Shown here: piece by piece, positions 11,073 to 23,113 of the stretch
Layout of the letters: each line of letters begins with the position of its first letter
Position numbering within the stretch: position 1 is the stretch's first letter
Origin: Halocafeteria seosinensis
Taxonomy: Eukaryota
Assembly (NCBI GenBank): GCA_001687465.1
Contig: LVLI01000172.1
Location: 186,001-250,000 of the forward strand
Direction of reading: 5' to 3'
DNA: 64,000 nt
The notes under the pieces: model-generated
Told to the model about the DNA's origin: nothing
The model's input: only the letters and a program-made list of their open reading frames with translations
Databases searched by the model: none
Made by a program: the position numbers and the translations under genes

Positions 11073-12126
11073 ATGAGTTCATCATCGCCTTCCCCCACTT
11101 CCACGGGGGCTTCCAGTGCATATAGACACCGTGCGGAGGAGCGATGGAAAGAATCAAACTACAGCACGCAGCTGTTGCTGCAAATGATCTGTGGCGCCGG
11201 TGCAGGAGCTGTGACAAAGACTTGCATAGCTCCGCTGGAGCGCATTAAAATCCTCTTACAGTTACAAGCGATGCAGGAGTCTAAGCGCTACAAAGGGATG
11301 GTTGGGACCTTCCGAGTGGTTCTCAACGAAGAAGGCTTCCTTGCTCTGTGGAAAGGGAACTCAGCGAATGTCCTAAGGGTGATTCCAGTGTATGCCCTTA
11401 AGTTCGCCTTCAACGACTTTTTCAAGAATCTTGCGCGTGGAGGACAAAGTGCTTCAGCGAGGCCGGATACATCCCTTACCTTGGGAGAGCTTATGCTAGC
11501 CGGGACGATGGCAGGGCTCTTTCAGCAGCTTGTTACGTATCCGCTGGAAACCATCCGCACGAGACTTAGCTTAGGAGTGGGATTTGACTTAGAATATAAA
11601 GGGATTATTGATTGCGCAAAGTGCATGACCAAAACAGAAGGCGTGACGTCATTGTAAGTTCCGCGCTTGTGTTTATTTTGTACATAGAGTGATGTTTACC
11701 ACAGATCCTTTGTCGTATGCTTGCAGTTACAAAGGGATTACCCCCACATTACTGTCAGGCGCGCCATATGTTGGCCTACAAATGACGTGCTATGAAGTAC
11801 TAAAAAAATTAGGACCGAAAAATGATCAAAATCGAACACCTCTTTTCTTTACTATACCAGCGGGTGCGGTTGCCGGACTGATAGCTCAGACCATCACGTA
11901 CCCAGGTGACACCATTCGCCGGAGAATGCAAACAAATGGGGCAAATGGCAAGCCTCGCATTTATTCTACCAGCTGGGATTGCTGTAAGAAAACATTTGCG
12001 AAGGAGGGAATTCACGGCTTTTTCAATGGTCTATCAACAAACATTGTACGATCGGTCCCGGGCGCGGGGATACAATTCGCGGTTTACGATGGACTGAAAC
12101 GCTTAATTGGGCTCCATTCCACCTGA
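11073..12126 (+). CDS. Mitochondrial carrier family (SLC25) protein, CoA/adenine-nucleotide carrier-like; intron 11654-11726
   Basis: Three PxD/ExxK/R signature repeats (PLERIK, PLETIR, PGDTIR), EEGFLALWKGNSANVLR and RRRMQ. The intron gtaagt...tgcag restores the frame (SFYKG). Confidence 0.93.
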
Positions 12127-12135
12127 GTTTTATGA

Positions 12136-15100
12136 TCAGCTACTAAGCGTATAGAATAGTTTGCTGAGGCATTTCGCTCTTCTCCCGGTCGGTAACAAGG
12201 AACTCGTGAAGCAGTTGTCCTGGTTGGTAGTGGAGCCGACGCCTAGCAGGTTGCTGGATAGAGCACACCGTTCAAGAACTGTAGACGAACTAAGCATACC
12301 CTTGAGTTCCCCCTCGGGACAGCACCAAAAGTGTCTTGAAGCCGTCAAACGTTCACTGGTGTTGTTAGATAAAAATTCTTTCAGATTGGAGTCCCCAAAA
12401 TAGCTTACTATACGCTCAGCGAGTGTTCGTTTCTCTGTTGAGTCTAACGCTTCGGTTTCCACCAGAGCTTCTAGAGTACTAAAATTGATGCTGATAGAGC
12501 AGTTACCTGCCCATTCACTTTGTTCCGTATCTACCGATGTACTCAACGACTCCTCAAACATTGAACATACTGTACTGACTGCTGCCTGAAAACCGTGCAA
12601 CTTGTCAAGCAAGGCCGTGAACTGCTTCCAAACGTATGTAACAGCAGTAGACGACGAATGCTGAGAACCATCATCAGGAATACAAAGGCTAGGAAGTATA
12701 CGCATTAATTTCGACATTGAAGAGAGCAATTTCACCGTACGCAGTAACGACTGTTCATCCAAGTGTAGCAAATTGCCCTCTTGTTTACTTGAAGTCAATA
12801 CACGGACACACCACATCACTCTTGCTAAGAAAGTGAGTTGACGAAGACGCAAGGCTTCGGCGCGAATGTGATACTCAGCTTGGTCCAGTAATCTCAAGTC
12901 GTACGTTGGAATGGTTGATGCACGCACATGCTCGAACATCTGAAGGTACCGTCGTGCCCACATCGGCACGATGACTGTCTCAAGCATTGTACTGCACATA
13001 AAGAACTTAGCCCACAGTTTCGCGGCTTTGTCCGCAATTTCGGCCAGGGAGCTCTGGCTGTCGACGGAAACAATTTCGGAGACATCTGACATAACATTTT
13101 GCACCAACTGCTCATATAAATACGGTTGACACTGCTGCTCACTTGACCACGTCCTCTCCGCTTGTTCGTTTGAGGTACTCTCGTCGTTTCTATAGTTGAA
13201 ATTCAATTGGCGTTCAACTTGAGCAACATCCTGTAGCGCATAAGTTAGTTGTTGGGCAACTAGATAAAATGTATCACTGCATTTCTGAAGTGGATTCAGT
13301 GATCCACTGTTCAGCAGCTCCAATACTGGGCTCTGAAGACGACGGATCAGTGTGTCTCTATTATCCAGTATCCATGGGAATAGGAACGGACTGTAAAGGA
13401 AGAAATCCGGAATGAAAAAGTGCCAGCTGTCTTGAAGAAAAAAAAATGTGTGAACTTACTTAATGGCACCAACGGTATCCCAGCGCCGGTTTGCTCGGGC
13501 GCTGTGTCGTTTTGTAGCCGAAAATATCATTAGTAGTGACTGCGACGGGCTGACTGCAGCTCCAGCTGGAGCCCCGTCTATTGTAAACAGCGTACGTCGA
13601 AGTTCTGCGGATGAGATGTGATTGTTGCTGGTTGGCGCTGGGTCCGCGGGAGCAGCTTCGAGACCCAGCAATTCTAGGAGCAGACTGGTGTTCCAAAGGC
13701 ATACGAGCCCTCGCTTATCGAGAGAAACGAGATAGTGATAACCTGAAACGTGTTTATGAACAGTAGTCACTGCTTGGATTTCGTAAGGGTGGGCGTTACG
13801 GATTTCGATGGACCGGACAACGGTGTCATCGGGACAGTGATGAGTACGCGCCGCCAACAACCAACCTCTCTGCCGTTGACGTGTGAATGCCTCATCGGAC
13901 ATTGTGAGTAAACCATTAAAATGGCCTTTCAAAATTACATGTAGAGAGGTGGTGCTGCACACTGCAAAGCAGCGTGCCCCTGCAGGCAGGCTTGGATTTG
14001 AGGGGAAGTCCAAAATCCTAGAGACTGGTGTCTTTTGTTTGTCAAAGAGTGTAATTCCATGATCAGACTCTAATGTCAGCGCTAGCCTGCCGTCGACGCT
14101 GCTTAAGGTGAAAAAGAACATTCGAATCAACCCTTGGCTACCACCCACTACTAGCTCCAGGTTGACGATGTCCTCGCTGGTTGAACCCTCCGTATTTGGA
14201 ATCGTCTGCCAATGCATGGAATGCGGGTACTCACTGTATGCCAGTACGCGCTCCATTCGACCTAAGCGCGAGCCACTGGAGTCCGTCTCCCCTGTGGCGG
14301 TCTCAATATCGTACTTCAGACTAAACGGGGCAAAATGCTTCAGCAAGATGAGAGGGGAGCCTTCTGTTTGAGCACGATGAGGTTGCTTCGCGTGCAAGGC
14401 TCCAAAGATCCACACCCCGTGCCTTGTCCCCACAGAAAAAAGTGACACATTTGTCGCAGCGGACAGAAAGCTAGGGAAACTTCCGTAACTGTTTGACCAA
14501 GACGTGCATGTCACGGCGGCGTCACAAGGTAACAGCATCTGTGTTTCAAATATTATTCCCTGGTCAACCACTGAAGGATCCACACCAAAGACATGAGATC
14601 CAATGTGCCCTAGTTGCTCGGTAGTTTGTAAGGTACTATCTGAATCCACCATGTTGTCCTCAGCAATATCGCAGGCTTTACTTAGCTTTTCGGTAACATT
14701 GTAGATAGGAGTCCAATACGTGCTCGGGGAGGTTGCGGGTGAGGCAAATACGGATAAGGAGTGATCGGACAGCAGAACAGCGATGGCGTTTGTGCAGTTG
14801 TTGACGCCATAACTAGTACGCATACACGAGGCGAAGAAATTCTTTGGCGACCACTGCAAAGAAATCGGGTATCGACGCGGAGTAACAATTGCCTTGGCAT
14901 TACTTTCATCCTTCACCCAAGTACTGTGAGCATACTCCACCAATGACATTTGCGAGGGAGTCTGACCAAGCATAAACAGGAACTCAAATAGTTGGACTTA
15001 AAATATCAAATTGACAACTGTGCTTACCAAGGGGAGTATGTCTCCAACATCAGACAATCTAATGGCCTCTTGGTGAGTCTTGGCGTCCGAATAGTCGCTT

Positions 15101-15786
15101 TGCAGTACCAACGAGAACGGAACGATATGAACAAATTCGCTCCCACCCAGTGCCAGGATATTGTCGTCTGAAACTTCCAGTTGGTGGGCGCCCAAAGGGG
15201 CTGACAAATTGAGTTGCTTCGATATATCGGCTTGAGATCCTGCGGAATCGTCTTCGCGTCCACCTTGCGCCGGATCGTAGAGAGCCTTCTTACCTCTCCT
15301 CCTAGGCGGTGCTAGAGCATAGGCTCTAGATTTTGATGGTGGTTTCTGTTGCCGTCCAGACTTGCCTCTTTTGGGTTTGCGCTTGGATGTGGAGGTAGCC
15401 ACACTACTCGCTGCGGTAGACTTCGCGTCCACATCTCCACCATCTCCATCCGTGAGTGCTTCATCATCTTCGTCATCCCCTTCCTCGAGTACGTATGCTT
15501 CATCATCATCATCTTCATAATCTTCTGTGGTTCGTTGTTGTTGGGCGGATATGCGTCGCCGTTTGGAGGCTGCCTGTTCTCTGAGCGCCGCTGCTTCCTC
15601 CGCCGTGGCCGATGCTGGTATCAAGGGCTCTTCAAAGTCGCGTTGTTGCCGCAGTGGCTCATCTTCAACGCCTCCCTGAGCTCGTGTAGCTTGTTTTGAG
15701 GAAGGCCGTCGGGACGGCCGAGACGACGACGATGCAGAGGCAGAAGAGCTTGCCCCACCCGTGGCCTGTGTTCTACTGCGTTTCAT
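12136..15786 (-). CDS. Multi-exon beta-propeller protein, probable TFIIIC delta/90-kDa subunit (GTF3C4-like)
   Basis: Three colinear ORFs separated by short GT-AG introns. Motifs include EVSDDNILALG..VHIV, LQWSP, IAVLLSDHSLSVF, YWTPIYNVTE and a C-terminal CC...RCALS. The N-terminus is acidic and basic. The family call is by motif resemblance. Confidence 0.55.
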
Positions 15787-16381
15787 GCCTTACTTCCATA
15801 CATACCAGCACGCTACAGAGCAAGAAGAAAACATATTAAGCAACGAAACATGGGAAATGGCGACAATAACGTGATATAGCCCGTTGAACTTCACAAAGTG
15901 GGACTGCAGCCAAGAGTTTGCTGAGCCAAATACAAGTGGTTGTACAGCACTAAGATAGAAAACAGTGGTGCATTTGCAAATTGACATTGTAACTGGAGCA
16001 CCTCCTGTATGACGAGCATGGAATGCCACTACCACGGTACGGACGTGCATAGCGGTGTACCCAGTTGGCCTCAAAGAACTACTGAGCCCCAACAGCACCT
16101 TACGATTCTCTTCTTCTTGTCTTGACCAATCTTGAGCATGTACATGTACTACAGCCTGTAGGGAATTGCATGGTATCAACATTGTTCAACAATTCCAACC
16201 TTTGTTGCGAACTTCAACCTCTGAGGTCGTTGAAGTTACGCGCCTTTTTCGTGGTTCGCGTACAATAAGAGTTCAGCCTCGCATACAGTTTGTTCATCAC
16301 CACGCATGATAGCAAAATTTGGCGTATAGATAGATTGAGGTTTAATTGTTTGCGTATGGGAGTTTTAGTTTTGGGGAAACA

Positions 16382-17965
16382 ATGCCACCGAAGAAAAAAG
16401 GAGGAGGAGGAGATGACGAGAGTAAGTATCCGCCGTGGGACTACGATGAAGCGAATAGTAGCATTTCTTTGGATGACGTGAGACATCATGTCCTTGAATT
16501 GTACTGTACTTTGCAGTCAACATCGATGAGGCGGTCGTGGACAACTATAAAAAAGCATGCAAGTACGTTCCACCAGATCCTGTGAATAATTGAACCTAAC
16601 CGTATTTTTATGGTATGCTGTTAATGATGTCGCAGACACTTAGGCACAGACGTCGACAATGATTTGATGGCCGTCTTGGAACCAGAGGAGGAAAGGGAGG
16701 GTCCAATGACTCAGATCTGCACGGACGCGAATTTAGGTCCTACAGGAGTACGAGCCTTGGTGGCGGCATTGCTAGCTCAAGGAGAAAGCATGCAGCATGC
16801 TCCTTATACCCCGCTTAAGAGTTTAAGACTATGGAGGAATAATGCTGGAGACGCGGGAGTGGCTGCTGTAGCACATATGTTAACGATGGGACCTCCTCCT
16901 CCAGATATTCCGGTTCCTCCGCCGCCAAAAAACAAACCGAAAGGAAAGAAGAAAGGCAAACAGAAAGGGCCAACGGGCCCGCCCCCTATTCCCGTACAGT
17001 TAATACCTCTTACTCAGGTGGAGTTCATGGACAACAACATTGGGCCAGATGGATGTCATTCATTGGCACACGCGCTTATGCTTGGTGCAAATAGCTCTTT
17101 GCTTACTCTCCGGCTTGATATAAACCCTGGCATTGGAGATGCTGGAATTGGCGAGTTATGCAAAGGCCTGCGTACTAACCGAACACTAACGGTATGTTTT
17201 CCGATGCTTGGTATGTGCATCTTGCTGTCGCAGCTGCTTTATCTTATTTTTTGGAGCGGCTGTACAGAAGTTATGCATATCGTATTGCGACATAGGACCA
17301 GAAGGAGCCAAACATTTGGCCAAGGTGCTGTCCTCGTCGACAAGTGCACTAAAATCTCTGGATTTGATGGGAAACAAGCTCGGCTCAGCTGGCTTAAAAG
17401 AGATCGCGGACGCTCTTTTGTATAATGACAAGTTTGAAGAACTGCATCTCGCGGATAACCAAATCGGAGGCGACATTGAGGAAGAAACAAATACACAGGC
17501 GATGGAGAGTCTTGGGAAGGCTTGTGAAGCCAACACATCGGCTTTGAAAGTGGTGGATTTAGAAATGAATAAGTAAGCAAGATATACCGCATCTTGTACT
17601 TAGACCACTTCGCCGCCGCAATGCGTTCGTGTATGTTTCTCCAGTATCACTGTTGACCATGCCAACGTTCTTGTTCCCTACCTGACAAAGGAAAATAAGA
17701 AAGTCCAGACGTTTAAGGTACGCGATGAGGATGCGAAGGAACGCTCTTCAGATTTGTTGAGTAGGTTTTACACTTTGATTACCTTTCAGGTGGATGCATC
17801 GCTACCTGAGGACGTTTATGATCAATTGCTTAGAACGGGAGCCAGCGGAAAGAAGGGTAAGTCTACTGGGCGTCTGATCGGCAGCAAAGCGCTCAAAGAA
17901 TTCCTCCCACCTACTATGCAGGAAAAGGCAAGAAGGGAGGAGGAAGCAAGAAGAAAAAGAAATAG
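16382..17965 (+). CDS. Leucine-rich-repeat (RNI-like) protein with Lys-rich termini; about 7 exons
   Basis: Spliced start MPPKKKGGGGDDEINIDEAVVDNYKKACKHLG. Repeats include LKSLRLWRNNAGDAG, LKSLDLMGNKLGSAG and EELHLADNQIG. It ends ...GKKGGGSKKKKK at TAG 17963-17965. Confidence 0.85.
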
Positions 17966-18068
17966 GAGTAAAACATTAAAAGCGAAAAGCTGTAATAAAG
18001 CCAGTAATTCCCATCAAGTAGTCCTTTATTCAATTATATCACGCTACCTACATTACTCCTTTTGTACA

Positions 18069-20057
18069 TTAAGATGGCTTCGTGATATGATTTTCCGTTT
18101 TGCTTTGTGACGGAATCCTAGTGTTAAGGTTATGAGCCGGCTTCTTGCGCACGCTTTCGGCAGCCATAGCAAACTTCTGTTGTAGTGGAGAACCTGATTT
18201 CGCAGCCATACTATATAGTCTTGCAAGCCTTATTACTCTATTATTTTCCTGTTCTATGCGCACGTCTTCTGCCGTCCCTGTCCCGGGAGACGTATTCACT
18301 TGTGCAGTGCTGCTGGTAGGCATAAGTACAGAGGGATCGGCTTCTTTGGGTTTCGTCGGGCGCAACTGCACCTTGGATAATCGCGCGAAACGACCTTGCG
18401 AAAATGTTCGTCCTGTTTCCTTCACAGTATTGGAGTCCTTAAACTCTATGCCACCAAGATCAGCATCCTCAGCTTCTCCTGCGCTATCGGTATCCTCCTC
18501 GGTAGAGCGAGATTCTTCAGACTCTTCCTCCGCGACGGGTGCTAGAAAGGATGGAGCCACGTGACTTGGGAAACTTGACGCAGTAAGTGCACTTTGTCCA
18601 TTTTCCGGTTTGACATCTTCATCGTGCCTTTCCACGAACTCTTGAGGAGAAGCGCTACCGTCGCCCGGGTTCCTCCCGGTCTCTTCAGCCGTGAGAGCCG
18701 TGAGGTACTCGGGAGTATGGAGACTTTCCGGAGAGCTCTCGCCTCCCCTTTCTAGGAAAGCACTTTCAGCTTGCAGTGGGTATTCTGGGATCATCCTGTC
18801 TTCTTCGGCGTGGCTAATGCTATCCTCGACGGGCAGCGGGCTTTGCACAATATCCCCAGGGGAGGATACCGTTTGCGTTCGGGAATCCGGAGCAGCAAGC
18901 GGTTCTTCACTGTTCTTTTTGTTTACACGTTCAACAGCATTTCCTTGATCTAGAGAAGGTTTATCCCATGAGAGAAGCAGAGCATCCGTGTCCTCTTCTT
19001 TCCCGGCCCTTTGACTACTCTCAAAGCTGGTCGGAGATTGACCAGCAGCATTAGGACTTGACGTTCGTGCCCGAAAATAAGATGCTGGCTGAGCCTCTAA
19101 ATACTTTCCCCATTCACCGTACTTGCAGCTCTTTGGACTAATGTAGCGCTCTCGTTTCGTTTCTAACGGGTTGATGTTATTAATGCTGTTGTCTAATAAA
19201 ACAAGAGACGGGGGAGTTTGCGAGCGGGAAATTTCTGTATAAATGCTTTGGCCAATCAATGTATTTCTCCCAACTTGAGAACCCACTTCACCATCTTCTA
19301 AAGCGTAAGCTTTATCCAAGTACCCTGCATTCCTTGATGGGCTTCCCGTATTGTGTGGACTTCTCACTCCCGCGTTTTTGGGATTAACTCCCGTCCTCGA
19401 CGGACTCAATCCATTCGTCGTCTCGTCGAGGTAATAATTAGAGCTAGGCATTTTGCTTGGCTCCCTGCTATGCTGTGAGGGGAGAGAGGGGGTAAAAGAC
19501 ACAGTCGAGTGTGGCCAATGGCCCTGCATTCCACGGGTGGCCGCGGCGGTTGGTTCACTACTACTTTCCTTGGAAGGGCTATACACTGGTGATTTTGCTT
19601 CATGAGTAGCAACGTACGATATTGACGGCCTCTTTGGCGGGCTGTGGCCCGCTTTGCGCAGCCACGTTTCGAAAGCGTTACCTCTCCTGTGCCCCGGAGA
19701 CGACCCTTCCTCTGTCTTCAACGACTGGCGTCGATACCTCTCCCAGTTACTGTTGTGTGCCTTTCGATTCTGCAGCTCTTCTAACGTACCACTACCAGAG
19801 CTCTTTCTCCGTCCATTGGGGGACTCATTTTCATGCCATGTGCGCCCTATAATCTCTAATAAGTCCTCCACGCCCTTGGAGGGACAGAACGGCACGGCAA
19901 ACGCGCCGTGCGATGCAGAGGTCTCTTCTAGTCCATCCGTACCATTTTCCATTTCCGTATCCCGTTGATTCTCTCCGCATAGCCTTATTGAACCCTCATG
20001 TCGACTATGGGAGGCATTCATGCCGACTGGATATTCTACGGTTGGGAGTACCAACAC
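18069..20057 (-). CDS. Uncharacterised, intrinsically disordered Ser/Pro/Glu-rich protein (start uncertain)
   Basis: 662-codon ORF of low complexity with no recognisable folded domain. Confidence 0.7.
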   Translation of the reverse strand: MLVLPTVEYPVGMNASHSRHEGSIRLCGENQRDTEMENGTDGLEETSASHGAFAVPFCPSKGVEDLLEIIGRTWHENESPNGRRKSSGSGTLEELQNRKAHNSNWERYRRQSLKTEEGSSPGHRRGNAFETWLRKAGHSPPKRPSISYVATHEAKSPVYSPSKESSSEPTAAATRGMQGHWPHSTVSFTPSLPSQHSREPSKMPSSNYYLDETTNGLSPSRTGVNPKNAGVRSPHNTGSPSRNAGYLDKAYALEDGEVGSQVGRNTLIGQSIYTEISRSQTPPSLVLLDNSINNINPLETKRERYISPKSCKYGEWGKYLEAQPASYFRARTSSPNAAGQSPTSFESSQRAGKEEDTDALLLSWDKPSLDQGNAVERVNKKNSEEPLAAPDSRTQTVSSPGDIVQSPLPVEDSISHAEEDRMIPEYPLQAESAFLERGGESSPESLHTPEYLTALTAEETGRNPGDGSASPQEFVERHDEDVKPENGQSALTASSFPSHVAPSFLAPVAEEESEESRSTEEDTDSAGEAEDADLGGIEFKDSNTVKETGRTFSQGRFARLSKVQLRPTKPKEADPSVLMPTSSTAQVNTSPGTGTAEDVRIEQENNRVIRLARLYSMAAKSGSPLQQKFAMAAESVRKKPAHNLNTRIPSQSKTENHITKPS

Positions 20058-20386
20058 TCACTACGGGCTCAACCAAACCGCATACAACGAATGGGGTGGT
20101 AGTTCCATTACTGTGACCCTCTACAGTCTATGTACGGCTATTCAAACAGCAGACATCGACAAAACAAACGGAAACTAATCTATCTATCCGACTGTCGGAG
20201 AGACCCGGCGGACGCTTGTACCCAACGCCACGTGGAACTTCCACATTGTGGGAGTCGCGCTAAATCCAAACTGGTGCACCGCCGGTACATGGTACTACAG
20301 GATGGTAGTTGTGCAAGCGCAACGGCGACGGGAATATTCGCGTGCATTGATTCGAGAGTCCTTTGTTATTGTCGACATCTGTCCCG

Positions 20387-22477
20387 CTACTGGTGGGAAT
20401 TGTACCCAGAGCTAGTCACGGCGAGCTCATACCATCGCTGCCATCTGGTTGCACGAAACAGAGAGAACGATTTTATTACAAGAATAGCATCCGAGTCAGT
20501 ATTGAGTTGGGAGTGGAAAAATTGATCTGCCTGCAGATTTACAGCATAGACGAGCAACTTGTAGTGGAACCAACTTGTTATAGACACAGCGGGACACATA
20601 CCATTTCATAACCGTTGTCACGCAAAAACGAAGAAACATTGGAAACGAGTTCCGTAGGAACAATCACATGCGTCGGTAAATGTTTTGGAAGCGTTTCTGC
20701 CTCTATTGCCGGCCTTGTCCCTTTCTTATGAAGTTCGTGAAGGGCCCCGACGTACTGCCCATCCAAAGAGATTGTTGGTGAGCAAGTTGACTGCGGGTTC
20801 AATGGCTGGAGGGGCTTATCTCCATACCACCGATTTTTTAGGAACCATTCAGGACTGCGGATGAATTGTTCATCCAAAGGTGTACCCTCTACTCGCGACC
20901 TGGGAAAAGGGAGTAGTGGAATCATGAGGCTATCTGCACACGGAAGGATGGGACTTACTCTGGGCTACAATCCAGCTGTATCACCTCAATGGGTGCATGG
21001 ATATGGCTATACATTGGCGTTGAGTGACACTTTGACCATATATGGAGTCTTAACGGAACATGCTCCGTTTTGCTTCCGCACCTATCATCCAAGGCCGTTC
21101 CGCGAAGGCGGACTACACCCTCTTCCGTAACTGTACCAGGGTATCTTTGAAATAGTTCAACATCTTTTCGCACAGCTTCTATCGAAGATATTCCACCCCG
21201 CTGATGCACGAAAGCGAAGTATGCTGCTATCATTAGGTTCAGCAAACCGGCCACGGCGACTGCGGTGTTAATTTTTCCCTTCAGTGGGTGTTTGTTTCGT
21301 TGTTCGTTTGAAGAAAAGGTTGCTGATCCATCCTCCGTTCGATCACACAAGCAGTGAGCTCCATAGCCAGACAGTACTATACATGGTGATGCTACCATGC
21401 TCACAAAACGAGCTTCTGTGTGGAGCATGATGGAGAAGAAAGCGCATACAAACAGGACCATCCAAAATAGCATTCGCTGGTGTGGTTGTGAACGCCAGAC
21501 TCCATAAACCATGAAAGGATACCAGGTCATTGTTATTACCAGTAACCCCAACGTAAAGTACCAAATAGGTGAGCTGATCCCGAAGAGAGTACTCACGATG
21601 AGGTTTTCTACTCCAAATTTCATTGATGCAAATAGCCACTCCCCGAGGACGATTCTGTCAACAGCAACTTGGAAGATCAATATCAATATCGCCGCAGGAA
21701 TAACCAATGCTAGAATATATAAACGTGACCTCCAATGTGTTTGGTAGCATAGCAAAGCTGAGCCCATGAATACCCACGGGATCGCTGCTGTCGGCCTGAG
21801 AGCACAGGAACAGAGTCCTATTGCCAGCCCTGTAAGCAGTCGTTTATACTGGCGATACTTCATTTGATATATATCAACTGTCGCAGATGGAAAATCTTCT
21901 GCAATCTCTTTGTCTTGTGAGGCAGTCATTGGTAGTGGCCAGTAGTAGAGCGCAGCTACGCACATTACACCTTCGAGGTAATTTGTGAACGTACGAGATC
22001 CAATCATGAGTCCCCAGACAGAGGTGACCTGTAGAAAGAACGCCCAATTCGCAGTTCCCACTCCGTAGATTCTGTAAGCTAAGTGGAACGTATAATAGTC
22101 CCCGACAGCCGCAATCACAGCATGGATCAGCACCGGCACAGTTGTAAGGAGCCAGACAGTATCCAAGTGGCAGTACTCTAGTACCTTGTATATAACAGCC
22201 AAGAAAGAGGGGTACAGTGCAGACCGAATCTGAGTCCCTGGTAGCCACTCCCAAGTCCTGTTCGAGCGTAAACAACAGAGAGTGTAGCAAGAATGTACAA
22301 TGTTCATACCGCAGAGAGTACGTCTTACAAGAAGCCGTAGCCGAACGCTAGACGGTGTGCCACTTCCGGTCCTTGGAATACTTCATCCGGGCTCATAATG
22401 GTCCTCTGTAAAATGCCCATCAAGGCCCTTACAGCAAGGGCCTTCCAGAAGACGTACCGCGTCGTTTTGGGCGACAT
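20387..22477 (-). CDS. PIGB: GPI mannosyltransferase 3 (Alg9/PIG-B family, GT22); 4 exons
   Basis: Spliced N-terminus MSPKTTRY...SPDEVFQGPEVAHRLAFGYGFL|TWEW, then IRSALYP, RTFTNYLE, ALRPT, HTEARF, VHQRG, KCHSTPMYSHIH and LDCSP, with many TM segments. Confidence 0.92.
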
Positions 22478-23113
22478 TATCTCGATTTGTCGCGGTGACT
22501 ATTTTGGCAACTTCACATATTTGAACACCGGGCACAGAGACGTATCTGATTCAATTACGCTACCTTCTCATCGATTATTAAGTCTCTTGTGCTTTGTTCA
22601 ATCATATTCATCATTCTATTTCATCTGGCATACCTTGTACTGCATGTTTGCGTTCAAATCCGGCCAATGGCCATATCGTGTTCCCGGGCGCTGCTCCCGG
22701 ATCCGGGCATTTGGCTTAGTTCTGCCCTGGGAGAGAGGGGGGAACTGGACAAGACAAATTCCACTGCTTTGGTGAGGGAGAAGACTCTGCATAAATTTTT
22801 GTTTTCTTTTTCTACTAAGAAGGAGCACACTTTTTCGCTTCTGTACTTGTCTTTTCGGAGGCTCAACACGCAGTCTTTGGTCAAAAGAACAGGAGTACAA
22901 ATTTTTTTGCATTTTTTCTTCCCCTCCTGTCCCTTTTTCACAGGCGAATTAGGTCCATTCCCTGTTTTAAGGACAACTGAAGGACTCTTAGCACCTCGCG
23001 GCGGACGGTTTTTGCCAGGTACGAGGACCCTCAAGGTATCGACGTCGTGTTGTCGCTTGCGACGGCATGGTTGTGTACCAGTGCAGAGCATCTTCTGGAG
23101 CCAAACTCAAAGA

